The notes: a model not told the origin generated them from the sequence alone. 64,000 bases of DNA from an uncultured Gemmatimonadales bacterium (GCA_963793305.1 CAWBZV010000003.1:448001-512000); one strand, 5' to 3'; shown: positions 1 to 11,123, counted from the stretch's first letter. A program made the numbers and translations.

Positions 1-471
1 CATTCGACTGGACACACCGAAGTCGCCGAGATCGAGGATGCGTACAAGCTCCTGACGCCGCTCCTGGGCGTCGGAGGCGCCAGTCTCGTATTCGCGCTGG
101 CGCTCCTCGCCTCCGGGCAGAACTCGACGTTGACGGGGACGCTCGCCGGGCAGATCGTGATGGAGGGGTTTCTCGACGTCAGGCTCCGGCCCTGGTTGCG
201 GCGGCTCATCACGCGTGGGCTGGCGATCGTGCCGGCCGTCATCGTGACCGCGCTCTATGGCCAGCACGGGACGGCGAGCTTGCTCGTGTTGAGTCAGGTC
301 GTGCTCAGTCTCCAGCTCTCGTTCGCCGTCGTCCCCCTGGTGCAGTTCACGTCGAGCCGGGCGATGATGGGGGAGTTCGTCAACCGGCGATGGCTGATCG
401 TGCTCGCGTGGGTCGCTACGATTCTCATTGCGGGCCTGAACTTGTGGCTGCTGGTGCTTTCGTTCAGATGA
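1..471 (+). CDS. mntH: Nramp family Mn2+/Fe2+ transporter, C-terminal part (5' truncated by window)
   Basis: Frame 1 open from base 1; [29 protein letters not shown] and SQVVLSLQL are Nramp motifs. Confidence 0.93.
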   Translation, partial: HSTGHTEVAEIEDAYKLLTPLLGVGGASLVFALALLASGQNSTLTGTLAGQIVMEGFLDVRLRPWLRRLITRGLAIVPAVIVTALYGQHGTASLLVLSQVVLSLQLSFAVVPLVQFTSSRAMMGEFVNRRWLIVLAWVATILIAGLNLWLLVLSFR

Positions 472-1133
472 CAGCGTATACGGAGTCCGTCGAGAACTGC
501 CTCAAGGCGGTCTACGAGCTCGAGCGCTCGGGGCGCGAGAGCGTCTCGACGACCGATCTCGCCAACCGCCTCGGGATCGCGCCGCCGTCGGTGACGGGTA
601 TGATGCGCCGGCTCGCCGACTCGGGTCTGATTAAGTATGAACCATACCATGGCGCTCGATTGACCAACGAAGGGCAGCGGGTTGCGCTGCGTACCTTGAG
701 GCGCCATCGCATTATCGAGACGTACTTGGCGCGTGCGCTGGGCCTGTCCTGGGACCTCGTGCACGAGGAGGCCGAGCGGTTGGAGCACGCGGCGTCGGAT
801 GCATTGATCGATCGGATGGCAATGGTGCTTGGGCACCCGACGGTGGATCCGCACGGCGCGCCGATTCCGACGGCCGAGGGCGCGATCGATGAGCGCATGC
901 TGACGCCGCTCACCGAGCTCGATGTCGGCGATCGGGCGCGCATCGTCTCCGTGTACGACGAGGATCCCGATCGGCTGCGCTACCTGGGCCAACTCGGGCT
1001 CGTGCCCGGCGTCGTCGTGACGCTCGTGAGCCGTCAGCCCTACGGCGGGCCGCTCTCGCTGGGACTCGGCGATGCGGTCCGCGATATCGGGCCCGCGCTC
1101 GGCGCTTGTGTGTTCGCGGAGCGGCTCGGATGA
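468..1133 (+). CDS. mntR: DtxR/MntR family metal-dependent repressor with C-terminal FeoA-like domain
   Basis: ENCLKAVY...[35 protein letters not shown] overlap with mntH stop. Confidence 0.9.
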   Translation: MTAYTESVENCLKAVYELERSGRESVSTTDLANRLGIAPPSVTGMMRRLADSGLIKYEPYHGARLTNEGQRVALRTLRRHRIIETYLARALGLSWDLVHEEAERLEHAASDALIDRMAMVLGHPTVDPHGAPIPTAEGAIDERMLTPLTELDVGDRARIVSVYDEDPDRLRYLGQLGLVPGVVVTLVSRQPYGGPLSLGLGDAVRDIGPALGACVFAERLG

Positions 1134-3636
1134 GCGAGACGCCACTCATGCAGCAGTATCGGGAGATCAAGGCGCGGCATCAGGACGCGATCCTGTTCTT
1201 TCGCATGGGCGATTTCTTCGAGATGTTCTACGAGGACGCCGAGGTTGGCTCGCGGGTCCTGGGTCTCACGCTGACGGCACGCAACAATGGCGGTGCGGCG
1301 GCGGTCCCTCTGGCCGGCGTCCCCGCCAAGGCGGTCAGCGAGTACGTCAAGCGACTCGTCCGCAAGGGCTTTCGTGTGGCGATCTGCGAGCAGGTCGAAG
1401 ATCCCAAGTACGCGAAGGGTCCTGTTCGGCGCGAGGTCATCGAGACGGTCACGCCCGGCGCCGCGCTCGCCGACGATCTCCTCGACGGGGCTCGCAATAA
1501 TTTTCTCTGCGCGCTGCATGGCACTGGTCTCGCGGCGGTCCGAATGTCTCGACGGGCGAATTCCGTCTCGCCACCGCCCACGTATCCGACGCCGCGGCTC
1601 TCGTCGCTCGCTACGCCCCACGTGAGATCCTGATTGCGCGCGGCGCCACGGTCGGCGTGCCGATCGATGGCGTGCTCGTGACAGAGCGCGAGCCGTGGGA
1701 GTTCGACACGGCGAGTGGCGCCGAAGCGTTAGCCCGGCGTTTTGGCGTTCAGTCGCTCGAGGGATTCGGCGTTCAGTCGTCCGACGCACCTGCCGTAGCG
1801 GCAGCGGGCGCATTGTTGGAGTACCTGCGCGAGCTTCAGCCGGGCGGGCTCCCGCACTTGGCGCGGCCGGTCATCGAACGTCCTGGTGGCTCGGTGCCCC
1901 TCGACGAAATGACGCGCCGGAATCTCGAGCTCGTCGAGTCGTTGCGTGGTGAGGCCGCGGGCACGTTGCTCGACGTCCTCGATCGGACATCGACGCCGAT
2001 GGGCGCGCGGCTTTTGCGCCAGTGGATTCTGGCGCCGCTTTCGGATCGCGTCGCGATCAACGCGCGGCTCGATCGCGTCGAGGCGTTGGCCAACGACTCA
2101 TTGGCCCGTGCGGCGTTGCGTGACGCGCTCGATGGGGTGCGCGACGTCGAGCGCCTCGCCGGCAAGGTCGCCGCTGCCCGGGCGACACCCCGCGAGCTTC
2201 GCTCGCTCGGCGACTCGCTGGCGCGCCTACCCGACGTTAGCGCGGCGGCGGCGCGCGTGGGTCTCGCCGAGCCCTGGGACACGTGCGACGATCTCGCCGC
2301 CGCGATCACTCGAGCGCTCGTCGAGCGGCCGCCGATCGCGATCGGTGATGAGCCGACGATTGAGATCGGTGTCGATGCCGGCGTCGACGAGCTGCGTGTG
2401 CTCCGTGACGGAGGGAAGGACGCGATCGCCGAGATTCAGGCGGCCGAGCGTACGCGGACGGGGATCGCGTCGCTCAAGGTCGGCTACAATCGGGTGTTCG
2501 GATACTTCATCGAGGTGACGAACGCCAACAAGGACGCGGTTCCGGCCGACTATCAGCGTCGCCAGACGCTGACGGGGGCCGAGCGGTATGTGACGCCGGC
2601 GCTCAAGGAGTACGAGGAGCGGGTGCTGACGGCGGCCGAGCGATTGGAGGCGCGCGAGCGGGAGTTATTCGAGGCGTTGCGCTCTGCTACCGGCACTGGG
2701 ATCGCTCGCCTTCAGCTTGTTGCTCGGCGAGTGGCCGAGCTCGACGTTGTGGCGACGTTCGCGGAGGTGGCGGAGCGCGAGCGGTTTGTTCGGCCGGTGG
2801 TGACGGACGACCTCGAGATCGACATCGTCGGCGGCCGGCATCCGGTCGTCGAGCGGATGATGCCGCGCGAGCAGTTCATCCCGAACGATGTTCGGCTCAG
2901 TACGGCCGAGCGGGTGATTATTCTCACGGGGCCGAACATGGCGGGCAAGTCGACGATCCTGCGCCAGGTCGGACTCATCGTATTGTTGGCCCAGGCCGGC
3001 AGCTTCGTACCCGCCGCGCGCGCGACGATCGGCATCGTCGACCGGCTCTTCACGCGCGTCGGCGCGAGCGACAATCTCGTGCGCGGGCAGTCGACGTTTA
3101 TGGTCGAGATGGCGGAGACGAGCGCCATTTTGCACACGGCCACCGCGCGCAGCCTCGTGTTGCTCGACGAGATCGGCCGCGGGACGTTGACGTACGACGG
3201 CGTCTCCATTGCGTGGTCCGTCACCGAGCATCTGCACTCTCGGGTAGGCTGCAAGACTATTTTCGCCACGCACTACCACGAGCTGACGCAACTCGCCGAC
3301 GAGCTCCCGGCTCTCCGCAACTACAACGTGGCCGTCCGCGAAGTCGGCGATCGCATTTTGTTCTTGCACCGGATGCAACCGGGCGGCGCCGATCGCTCCT
3401 ACGGAATCGAAGTCGGCCGCCTCGCCGGCCTCCCGGACGCCGTCATCACTCGCGCTCGCGAAGTGTTGCGGCGCCTCGAAAGCGAACAGCTCGTCGCGTC
3501 ACGCCCTGTCGAGCAGCTCGCACTTTTTGCTCCCGAGCCTCACGCCGCCGTCAAACGCTTAGCAGCGCTCAATCCCGATGATATGACGCCGTTGCAAGCA
3601 CTGACTTTGTTATCTGAGCTCAAAGGGCTCGTTTAA
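1130..3636 (+). CDS. mutS: DNA mismatch repair protein MutS (frameshifted near 1540-1630)
   Basis: TPLMQQY, FRMGDFFEMF, Walker A GPNMAGKST, STFMVEM, DEIGRGT, FATHYHEL, C-terminal QLALF clamp motif; split over ORFs 1106-1633 and 1657-3636. Confidence 0.95.
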
Positions 3637-3772
3637 AATCTCACCGCCGAGATTTACTCGCTAGCGCGCAACGCGCGGCGCTTTTTATATTGCCGGTCCG
3701 CTGAACCAGCGTGTGGCCGTTTTCGAATCACCGTGTCGCAGCACCCAGTTGGCACCAAACACGCCGCGTGTG

Positions 3773-3858
3773 GCCCGCGTGGTGGAACTGGTAGACACGG
3801 TCGATTCGCAATCGACTGACCCGCAAGGGTCGTGTGGGTTCAAATCCCGCCGCGGGCA
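3773..3858 (+). tRNA. Class II tRNA with Leu-type body but anticodon CGC (would read Ala GCG)
   Basis: Acceptor GCCCGCG/CGCGGGC + A73; D-arm GTGGAACTGGTAGACAC; anticodon arm GTCGA-TTCGCAA-TCGAC (CGC at 3807-3809); variable stem GACCC-GCAA-GGGTC; T-arm GTGGG-TTCAAAT-CCCGC; CCA not encoded. Confidence 0.88.
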
Positions 3859-3888
3859 CACGCTGGTTGACACGTACGCTTTTGCACG

Positions 3889-3917
3889 TTGACGGTCGGA
3901 CGCACTATTTCTAGATT
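3889..3917 (+). promoter_or_regulatory. Sigma70-type promoter
   Basis: TTGACG (3889-3894), 17-nt spacer, TAGATT (3912-3917). Confidence 0.6.
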
Positions 3918-3923
3918 TACTAC

Positions 3924-3997
3924 GACCCTTGCGGGCGAAGTGTCCGCCAGTTCCAGACACAGAAGTGACCCCGGGTGATTGCGACACCCGGGGTTTT
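3924..3997 (+). ncRNA. Candidate ~75-nt small RNA
   Basis: Bounded by the promoter above and the terminator below; internal hairpin GCGGGC-GAAGT-GTCCGC; no plausible ORF. Confidence 0.45.
3969..3997 (+). terminator. Rho-independent terminator
   Basis: CCCCGGGTG-ATTGCGA-CACCCGGGG followed by TTTT. Confidence 0.75.
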
Positions 3998-4005
3998 CTG
4001 TTGCG

Positions 4006-4704
4006 CTACATGGTCGTCGCCGGCTGATCCGGCATCAGGAATCGAAATTCCTGCCGCACCCACTGCCGCACGAGCCTCCCGCCGAGCTCCGCGGGCACGA
4101 AGCGCATGTGAGGGAGCGCCGAGCGGAGTGATTGCTCGAAGGCCGGGTGCGAGGAGTGGATCACGCGGAGACTGGTGCTGTCCGCGCCGCCCGTCGTGTC
4201 GACGACGAATTCGACGGTCAGCGACCCCTCGATGTGATTCTCCATGAGATACGACGGATACTCCGGCGCCGCACTCGTGGGATCCCGTTGCACCTCGCGG
4301 TCGACCTCGGCGTCGACATAGACCTTGCCACTCGGCAGCGCGTCGATGTCGGGAAGGTCGACCGTAGGCGCCGCGTCGCCCTTGCGCCCAAGGCCGATGC
4401 CTTGGCGGTTGTCGCCGGCGACGTTGAGCCCGGTGCCTTTGGTGGCCTTTGACCGGTCCCCAGACCCATTGGCATTGCTCGGCGCCCATTTGACGCCAGC
4501 GGTATCGAGCGACTTCCCTGTGGGAATCGTCGGAGCCAGATAGGTGACGATGCGCTCCTCGTCACTCTTCTTATCCGCCACTTTCGGCCAATACGCGGCA
4601 CCGGACGCGATGAAAAAGACGACAGCGGAAGCCGCTAATCCCACCGTCACCGACGGTACCGAACACAGACTCGCACTCTGTGGTGCCACGAGGTGGCGCA
4701 GCAT
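4006..4704 (-). CDS. TonB family energy transducer (TonB C-terminal domain)
   Basis: N-terminal TM segment, linker, PEYPSYL...EGSLTVEFVVDTTG...FEQS...RFVPAELGGRLVRQWVRQEFRF. Confidence 0.8.
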   Translation of the reverse strand: MLRHLVAPQSASLCSVPSVTVGLAASAVVFFIASGAAYWPKVADKKSDEERIVTYLAPTIPTGKSLDTAGVKWAPSNANGSGDRSKATKGTGLNVAGDNRQGIGLGRKGDAAPTVDLPDIDALPSGKVYVDAEVDREVQRDPTSAAPEYPSYLMENHIEGSLTVEFVVDTTGGADSTSLRVIHSSHPAFEQSLRSALPHMRFVPAELGGRLVRQWVRQEFRFLMPDQPATTM

Positions 4705-4848
4705 ACCCACACCCCCACCGGCCTAACAAAATCCCTGGGACTACTATGTGTATTTGCCCGGTCTTACGCTAGTCTCGAACCCGTTCCACGGCCCATGTAG
4801 TCGGGACGACTTGCTCTTAGAAGGGGACGAGTTGCCCTACTACAGTGG

Positions 4849-5601
4849 TCACTTATCATGCCCAGTCAAGATGGACTCGAACAATTCGAGCGCGCGCGGG
4901 TCACCGGATTGGCCCAGCCAGAACATGGCCTTACGGCGAAGCTCCGGGTCGTGATTATTTTTGGCCACATCGATCAAAATCGGTACACCTTCCTCGCGCG
5001 GCCGCTGCGACAGCGCGAAGATCGCCGACTCGCGGACCTCGCGATTGACGCCGTTATCGGTCACCAGTGAATCGAGTGCCCCCGTCGCGTTGGCGGCGGC
5101 CTGACCGAGCCAAAAGACCGCATTCTTTCGCGTCTCCGTCGGCTTCGCGTCGTCACGCGCGATCGCGATCAAACGTGGCCAGATTCGGACCTGGTCGGAG
5201 CTATCGGCAAGAGTTGCCGGAAAAATCGCGTCGTGGCCCACATGCGTCGATTTCCGCTCGGCCAGTCCGAGGAAATAATCCGCCGCCGCGCTCGCCGATA
5301 CGGCGCCCAGGTCGGTGATCGTGACGGCGCGCGGACGCCACCGTCCGCCGACATGGACGTGGATGCGCGTGATCTCGTGCGCGCTCACCCAGACGACGAC
5401 GCGCACGGGGCCGTCGTCGCAGTCGTCGTCGTACTCGACGTCGGTATCGTCATCGCCCGAGACATAGCGATGGTGCCCGGCGCACAGGCCCGGCCGGGCC
5501 GCGAAGGTCATCCGCACCTCGCCGTCGGGCGCGGCCGCAATGCGCGAGGCGAGGTCGGGCTGCTGCTGGGTCAATGCCCAGACGAGTGCCAAGGCGATCA
5601 T
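4849..5601 (-). CDS. Exported HEAT-repeat protein
   Basis: Signal-like N-terminus; repeats RKNAVFWLGQ, RESAIFALSQ, RRKAMFWLGQS. Confidence 0.8.
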   Translation of the reverse strand: MIALALVWALTQQQPDLASRIAAAPDGEVRMTFAARPGLCAGHHRYVSGDDDTDVEYDDDCDDGPVRVVVWVSAHEITRIHVHVGGRWRPRAVTITDLGAVSASAAADYFLGLAERKSTHVGHDAIFPATLADSSDQVRIWPRLIAIARDDAKPTETRKNAVFWLGQAAANATGALDSLVTDNGVNREVRESAIFALSQRPREEGVPILIDVAKNNHDPELRRKAMFWLGQSGDPRALELFESILTGHDK

Positions 5602-6935
5602 TTGTTGATCAACTCCTGAAGGACCTGTACGGCACGCGGATCGTGGGACTGCCCGAGCCAGAACACCGCCTTCTTGCGCATCTCGGGATCCTTGTCGGTC
5701 TTGGCGATCGAGATCAGCTCATCGACCGCCGAGCGCTCGTGGCGTTGCGAGTACGCAAAGATCAGGGCCTCCTTGAGCTCGCGATCCTGCATCCGGCCAT
5801 AGAGGCCGGTGAGCTGGTCGAGTGACGAGCTGCCCTGGCCCAGCCAGAAGATCGCCTTCTTCCGCACCTCGACGTCCTGCGTCGTATCCGTGGCGACGCC
5901 CGCCAGCCAGTCGGCCTCGTCCCCGCTGTGACGTTGGGCGACCGAGAAGATGATCTTGTCCTTGAGATCCATGCTCTTCTCTTTGCGGAACATATTCTTG
6001 AGAAACGTCTCGTCGTCGGGATTTGAGCTCTGGCCGAGCCAGAACACGGCCTTCTCCCGCAGGTCTTCGTTCTGGGACTCGTCGCCCGCGAACTGGCGCA
6101 AGATCGGCGACCCGTGATCGTGCTGCTGCGTGAGCGCGAACAGGGCCTTCTCGCGAATCTCCTCGTCGTCCGAGTGCAGCAGCAGGCTGTCGAGCATCCC
6201 GACGGCACGGGGATCGTGGACCTGCGACAGCCAGAAGACGGCTTGCTCGCGGACCTCCTGGTCCGGGTCGGTGCGCGCGGTGGCGAGCAGGATATCGGCG
6301 CCGTCGGACTGGGCTTTTTGCGATACCAGAAAGACCGCCTTGCGACGCAGCACGACCGAGCAGGCATCCCGGCGCGCGAGCACCTGCTTCAAGATCGGCA
6401 TCGCCTTGTCGGGCTCGACCTGGAGCAAGGCGTCGAGCGCGGCGATCTGGATATTGTTGTCGTCGTCCTCGGTCGGGCACTTGGTCGACTCGGTCGTGGG
6501 CTCCTTCGAGTCCGCCTTGTACATCAGGCGCCGCTTACACGATTCATCCCCCTTCTGCACCAGCTGACGGCAGACCTGCGCGGTCAGCGCTCCGGCATCC
6601 TTGGAGAGCGACGTCGTGGACGCCGTGAGGATGCCATAGGCCTGACGCAGGTCATCGATGCTGCCCATGCGCGACCGCGAAAACGCTTCGTAGTAGGCCG
6701 CCGTCGAGGCGTATGTCGATGTCGGATACCGCGATGTGATCTCATGGAACAACGCGGCCGCGCGGGCATAGCGTTGCTCGGCCATCGCGGCGCGGGCCGC
6801 GGTGTACAGTGAGTCGGCCGGGTCGTCCGGATAGGCGCCCACCGCAATCACATTCGACTCGGCCAGCTGCAGCTGCGCGCGAGCGGGCTGCGCGGCGAGC
6901 AGGGCGAGAGAGACGGCAAGAAAGAGTTTCATCAT
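5598..6935 (-). CDS. Exported TPR + HEAT-repeat protein
   Basis: Signal peptide (..ARA-Q), BamD-like TPR (ADSLY..AR..YARAA..F..YP.S), then about 8 HEAT repeats RxKAVFWLxQ. Confidence 0.82.
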   Translation of the reverse strand: MMKLFLAVSLALLAAQPARAQLQLAESNVIAVGAYPDDPADSLYTAARAAMAEQRYARAAALFHEITSRYPTSTYASTAAYYEAFSRSRMGSIDDLRQAYGILTASTTSLSKDAGALTAQVCRQLVQKGDESCKRRLMYKADSKEPTTESTKCPTEDDDNNIQIAALDALLQVEPDKAMPILKQVLARRDACSVVLRRKAVFLVSQKAQSDGADILLATARTDPDQEVREQAVFWLSQVHDPRAVGMLDSLLLHSDDEEIREKALFALTQQHDHGSPILRQFAGDESQNEDLREKAVFWLGQSSNPDDETFLKNMFRKEKSMDLKDKIIFSVAQRHSGDEADWLAGVATDTTQDVEVRKKAIFWLGQGSSSLDQLTGLYGRMQDRELKEALIFAYSQRHERSAVDELISIAKTDKDPEMRKKAVFWLGQSHDPRAVQVLQELINK

Positions 6936-7600
6936 AGACCCACCTGGTTCTGATTCGTCGGAATCGCTGCCTTGATCCGCGGCAGCACTTGAGCGTCATC
7001 GAGCGTGTGGGCGATCGCCGCCCGATCGCTCGTCGCGGCATCCGGCGAAAGCGCGGCGATCTGCACCAGCACGAGCTCGAGGTCTTCGAGCAACTGTCGC
7101 CGATGCGGATCGGCGCCCGCGGGCGAGTCCAGCAACAGTCGCGTGTTCGACAACAGGTCGCGGGCCCACAACGCAAGGTGCGCGTCCGCTTTCGCATCGG
7201 CCTTCGCGCCCGCTGCATTGCCCGTCGCCTGGCGGTTGTTGGCGTCGAACGCCGTGAGCAGCGCCTGCACTTCCAGAAGCTGCTGCGTCGTCGCGATCGC
7301 GTAAGCCTCGGGCACAGCCGTTGGAGCTGCCGCGGGATTCGCCGCGATCGGAGTACCGGTCGGGCGCGAGATGCTCACGCGCCCGACCCCAATGCCAACC
7401 GCGAGCACGATGACGGCCGCGGCCGCGAGCGGAGCGAAGCGACGCGAGAGTTGTAGTATGCGCGGCCGACCCCGCCGCTGCCCCGCGACGATCGCCGCCC
7501 ACATGGCCTCACGCGGCACGATCATCGGCGGCTGATTGTAATCCCGCGCCAGGTCACGCAGCGCGTCGTTCCACTTTTCTTCGTTCGCGTCGTCGTTCAT
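6932..7600 (-). CDS. Putative membrane anti-sigma factor
   Basis: MNDDANEEKW..., PREAMWAAI, single TM helix, periplasmic helical domain; ATGA-coupled to the ECF gene. Confidence 0.7.
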   Translation of the reverse strand: MNDDANEEKWNDALRDLARDYNQPPMIVPREAMWAAIVAGQRRGRPRILQLSRRFAPLAAAAVIVLAVGIGVGRVSISRPTGTPIAANPAAAPTAVPEAYAIATTQQLLEVQALLTAFDANNRQATGNAAGAKADAKADAHLALWARDLLSNTRLLLDSPAGADPHRRQLLEDLELVLVQIAALSPDAATSDRAAIAHTLDDAQVLPRIKAAIPTNQNQVGL

Positions 7601-8140
7601 GCGATCCACTCCCCGGCAAAATCCGCCAACGCAGTGCGCAACTTGGCCCGCGCCCGCGACAATTGTGCTTTCGAAGTCCCCGACTCTATGCCCAGCACGA
7701 CCCCGATCTCCTCGTGCGTATACCCTTCGAACGTCGTGCATCACGAACACCGTCCGATACCCGTCCGGCAGCGCGTCAATCGCCCGCGCCAGCCGCTCCT
7801 TGAGATCCGGCTCACTCCCAACCCGTACCGCACCGAGCGTCGCCTCGTCGACCGCGGTCGTCTCCCGCTCACGGAGCCGCCTGACCGAGCGCAGCCCATT
7901 GAGGGCCACCGACACGCCAATCGAATGCAGCCACGTCGAGAACGACGACCGTCGCTTGAACGTGCCGAGCGATGCGAACGCCCGGATGAACGTGTCCTGC
8001 GTGAAATCCCGAGCGAGGTCGGCGTCACCGGCGAACCGATAGGCGAGCCGGTAGACTCGGTCGACGTGCGCGTCATACAGCGCGCGCTGCGCGGCCGGAT
8101 CTCCCGCCAACACGCGATCGATCAACGCGTCGTCGCTCAA
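7597..8140 (-). CDS. ECF RNA polymerase sigma factor (frameshift near 7730)
   Basis: DFTQDTFIRAF, SSFSTWLHSI, LPDGYRTVFVMHDV; shifted frame gives GYTHEEIG..GTSKAQLSRARAKL; TTG start after GAGAGGA. Confidence 0.88.
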
Positions 8141-8304
8141 GCGTCCTCTCGTGCCATGGCGACACTCTGACACGCCGATATCACAAAGGGTTGCGTGTTA
8201 CGGTCGCGCTCGCATCTTAGGCGCATGTTTTCAGGCCGTCGCGGACTCATTCTAGCGGCGCTCGCTGTCGTACCGGGCCTTCAACTTGCGCCGCAGGTGA
8301 GCCT

Positions 8305-9045
8305 ATGATGCACGCCGCGTTACTCGCGATGGTCCTGGTGTTCCAAGAGCAGCACGCCGCGATCGTCCACGCCGACACCGGGACCATCGAGGTCACCCTG
8401 CGCAACGACTCGGCCTCGGTCCGACTCTCGACGCCCGGCCGCGCCTTTCAGCTCGACCTCGACTCGCTCACGTTGGCCGCCTGGGCCGACACGGCCGCCG
8501 TACTCCGCGGACCGCGGAAGGGCGCGAAGGAGCTGGAGTATCCAGCGGCCCGACTCGCCACGTCGCTGGTCTCGATGGCCATCATTCGCTTGTCGACCGA
8601 CTCGACCTCGTCCTACGCGTTCGCGGCGACCAGTTATGGCGGGTTCGCCGGACGCGTGACGCTGCCCTACGATAGCGCGCGTCGGCTCTTCGACGTCATG
8701 CGCGCGCCGCCGCTCGCCGACTCGCAGAGCCGCGTGTTCCCGCGACGGAGGTCAATCAGCGGGCCCACCTCATGGGCGTCATCCCCTCGGCCTACGCCCG
8801 CGCCTCAGACGTGCGTCGGGGATTCAGACGCGTCGTACTCGCCGCCGATCATCTTCCAGTTCGTGGTCGATACGAGCGGACATGTCGAACAGCAGACATT
8901 CCGCGTCGTGTCGACCCCGGATCAGGCTCTCGCCGCGGCCATCGAGCAGACGCTACGCGAGTCGCCCTACCGGCCAGCCGAACGCAACGGTCACAAGGTG
9001 CAGCAACTCGTAGTGGACACGCTCTACACGGTGCAGACATACTGA
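8305..9045 (+). CDS. Exported protein with C-terminal TonB-like domain
   Basis: Signal-like N-terminus; FQFVVDTSGHVE...YRPAERNGHKVQQLV. Confidence 0.6.
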   Translation: MMHAALLAMVLVFQEQHAAIVHADTGTIEVTLRNDSASVRLSTPGRAFQLDLDSLTLAAWADTAAVLRGPRKGAKELEYPAARLATSLVSMAIIRLSTDSTSSYAFAATSYGGFAGRVTLPYDSARRLFDVMRAPPLADSQSRVFPRRRSISGPTSWASSPRPTPAPQTCVGDSDASYSPPIIFQFVVDTSGHVEQQTFRVVSTPDQALAAAIEQTLRESPYRPAERNGHKVQQLVVDTLYTVQTY

Positions 9046-9061
9046 GGTACGTGTTCAGCCT

Positions 9062-11123
9062 TCAGTTCCCAATAGCACCCGCGGTCTGGTTGGTCTTGAG
9101 CTGTCGATCAAAGAACTCGGCCGTCGCCCGGCCCAGCGCGACCCAGCTGCCGTAGAGCAGGAGATCGTGCGTCTCGTCGGGGAATACTATCGACTCGACG
9201 TGCACATGCCGTGCGCGCAGGTCCTCGGCCAGTTGCACGGTCTGCGAGAACACGACATTCCGATCGTCGTCGCCTTGCACCAGGAGCACCGGCGAGTGCC
9301 AGTGGTCGAACGTCGGCCATGGGTGACGACGAGAACGCGATCGCCCGGGCACGCTGATCCTTCGCGATGTCCCAACCCGGCACGAGCGGCTCGTACTCGA
9401 GATTCCAGTCGTGCACGCCGGCGTAGTCGACGCCGGCCGCGAAGAGATCAGAGCTGCGCGCGAGCGCCATCGCCGTGAGATATCCGCCGTATGAGCCGCC
9501 CCATACGCCGATTTTCTTGGGATCGACGTTCGCGCGGCCGCGCAGATACAGGCCGGCGCCCTGCACGTCGTTGTACTCGCTCGCGCCCGTGGCGCCATAG
9601 TTGAGCGCCTCCCGAAACTCCATCCCGTACCCGATGCCGCTCCGATAATTCACCGAGAGCACGATGTAGCCGCGGCTCGCAAGAAACTGGTTAATGGAGT
9701 AGGCGTTGTGATAGAAGTCCATGTAGTGGAACCCGAGCAGCATTCTGCCGTCGGGAGCCACCGTGGAAGAACACGATCGCCGGATGCCGCTCGCCCGTCG
9801 CGCCGCTCGGCATGAACAGCTGCCCGTGGAGCTGCAGGCCATCGGCCGCGGGGAACGTCACCTCGGTCGGTGTCACCAGCGCACGCTCGGCTGGGAACGT
9901 CGCCGGAATCGCCGCGACATCGTGGAGCGCTGCCGTGCCACCCCAGATCGCCGGGCGCGCTGGCGTACGAGCGCCGGAGTGGAGCAGCGCGACGCCGCCC
10001 GAGACGTTCGACGGGCGACCACTCGATGCCGTCGCCATGCGTGACCGCTGTTATCGCGCCGCGAGCGGGATCGAGTCGCCACACGTGACGGCGTGGCGAA
10101 TCATCCTGGTTGCTGCTCAGCAAGATCGCCGCGCGGTCCGCGGTAAGCGTGGCGTTCTCGACCTCGAATGCACCGGGCGTGAGCAACTTCGCCTCGGCGC
10201 CGACGGCGTAGAGATGCTGCCACCCGTCCCGCTCCCAAGGGAAGACAATGGTGCCTGACGCGGTCCAGAAGAGCTGGTCGCGTGCGTCGAGCCGATGGAA
10301 CACGCTCCCCACGCCTTCAGCCGCCGTCCACACCGCGTGACCTTCGCCGGTTGTGGCGTCGGCAACCCAGATCGCCCAAGGACGCCCGGTGCGTCGAGCG
10401 CGGAAGACTTCAGTCCGCGTGACTGCTGGCAGCCGGAGAAACGCGACCGATCGGCTGTCCGGCGACCACACCGGGTCCTGATCCCGGTCGAGCCCCGGCG
10501 CCAGATATCGCAGCGTGCGCGCACGCGTGTCGTACACACCGATGAACGCGTGATCGCCCCGCACGCTCACGAACGCGAGGCGCGCTCCGTCCGGCGACCA
10601 CCGGAGGTCGCTCAACTCCCCGCGCGTGTGCAACAGCTGCGTCGCCGAATCGCTGCCGCTCATCCAGATCTGATTCTTATGGATGAACGCGACGGCCGCA
10701 GGTCCAGCCTCGGGCTCACTGCCGGCGCCGAGCTTGCGCGGCGCGCCGCCGCTCAGCGTCGCGACCCGAGATGTCTTGCTCGACGCCCGCCGGCACGAAT
10801 GTCGGATTGGGAAGCTCGCCGGCGCGATTCGGATCGCCGCCGCGCGCGTAGACGACGCCGCTGCCGTCCGACAGCCAACGGAGGCCGGTGATCTCCTGGC
10901 CATCGTCGCCGGTGTACGGCGTGATCCGTCGCGCCGTCCACGCCGGCGCCTCGGCCACCCAGACGTTTCGTGACCCGGCGCTGTCGAACACCCAAGCGAC
11001 GGCCTTGGCCGACGGCGAAGCCACGAGCTCGGTCGGGAATGGTGCACCCAGGAGGCCCTCGAGAGTCGGGGCCTGCGCGCCGAGCACGCCCGGCGCGAGC
11101 AGCAGTAGGACGAAGCGACGCAT
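9062..11123 (-). CDS. S9 family (DPP IV-like) prolyl oligopeptidase, several frameshifts
   Basis: Signal peptide MRRFVLLLLA, WSPD beta-propeller repeats, nucleophile motif GGSYGG, QGDDDRNV, FPDETH; split over 4-5 ORFs. Confidence 0.88.

Noticed and set aside
6932..8173. 413-aa ECF sigma/anti-sigma fusion in the ORF track
   Set aside because: Artefact of the frameshift near 7730; sigma region 4 continues in another frame and stops at 7597, where the anti-sigma ATG overlaps
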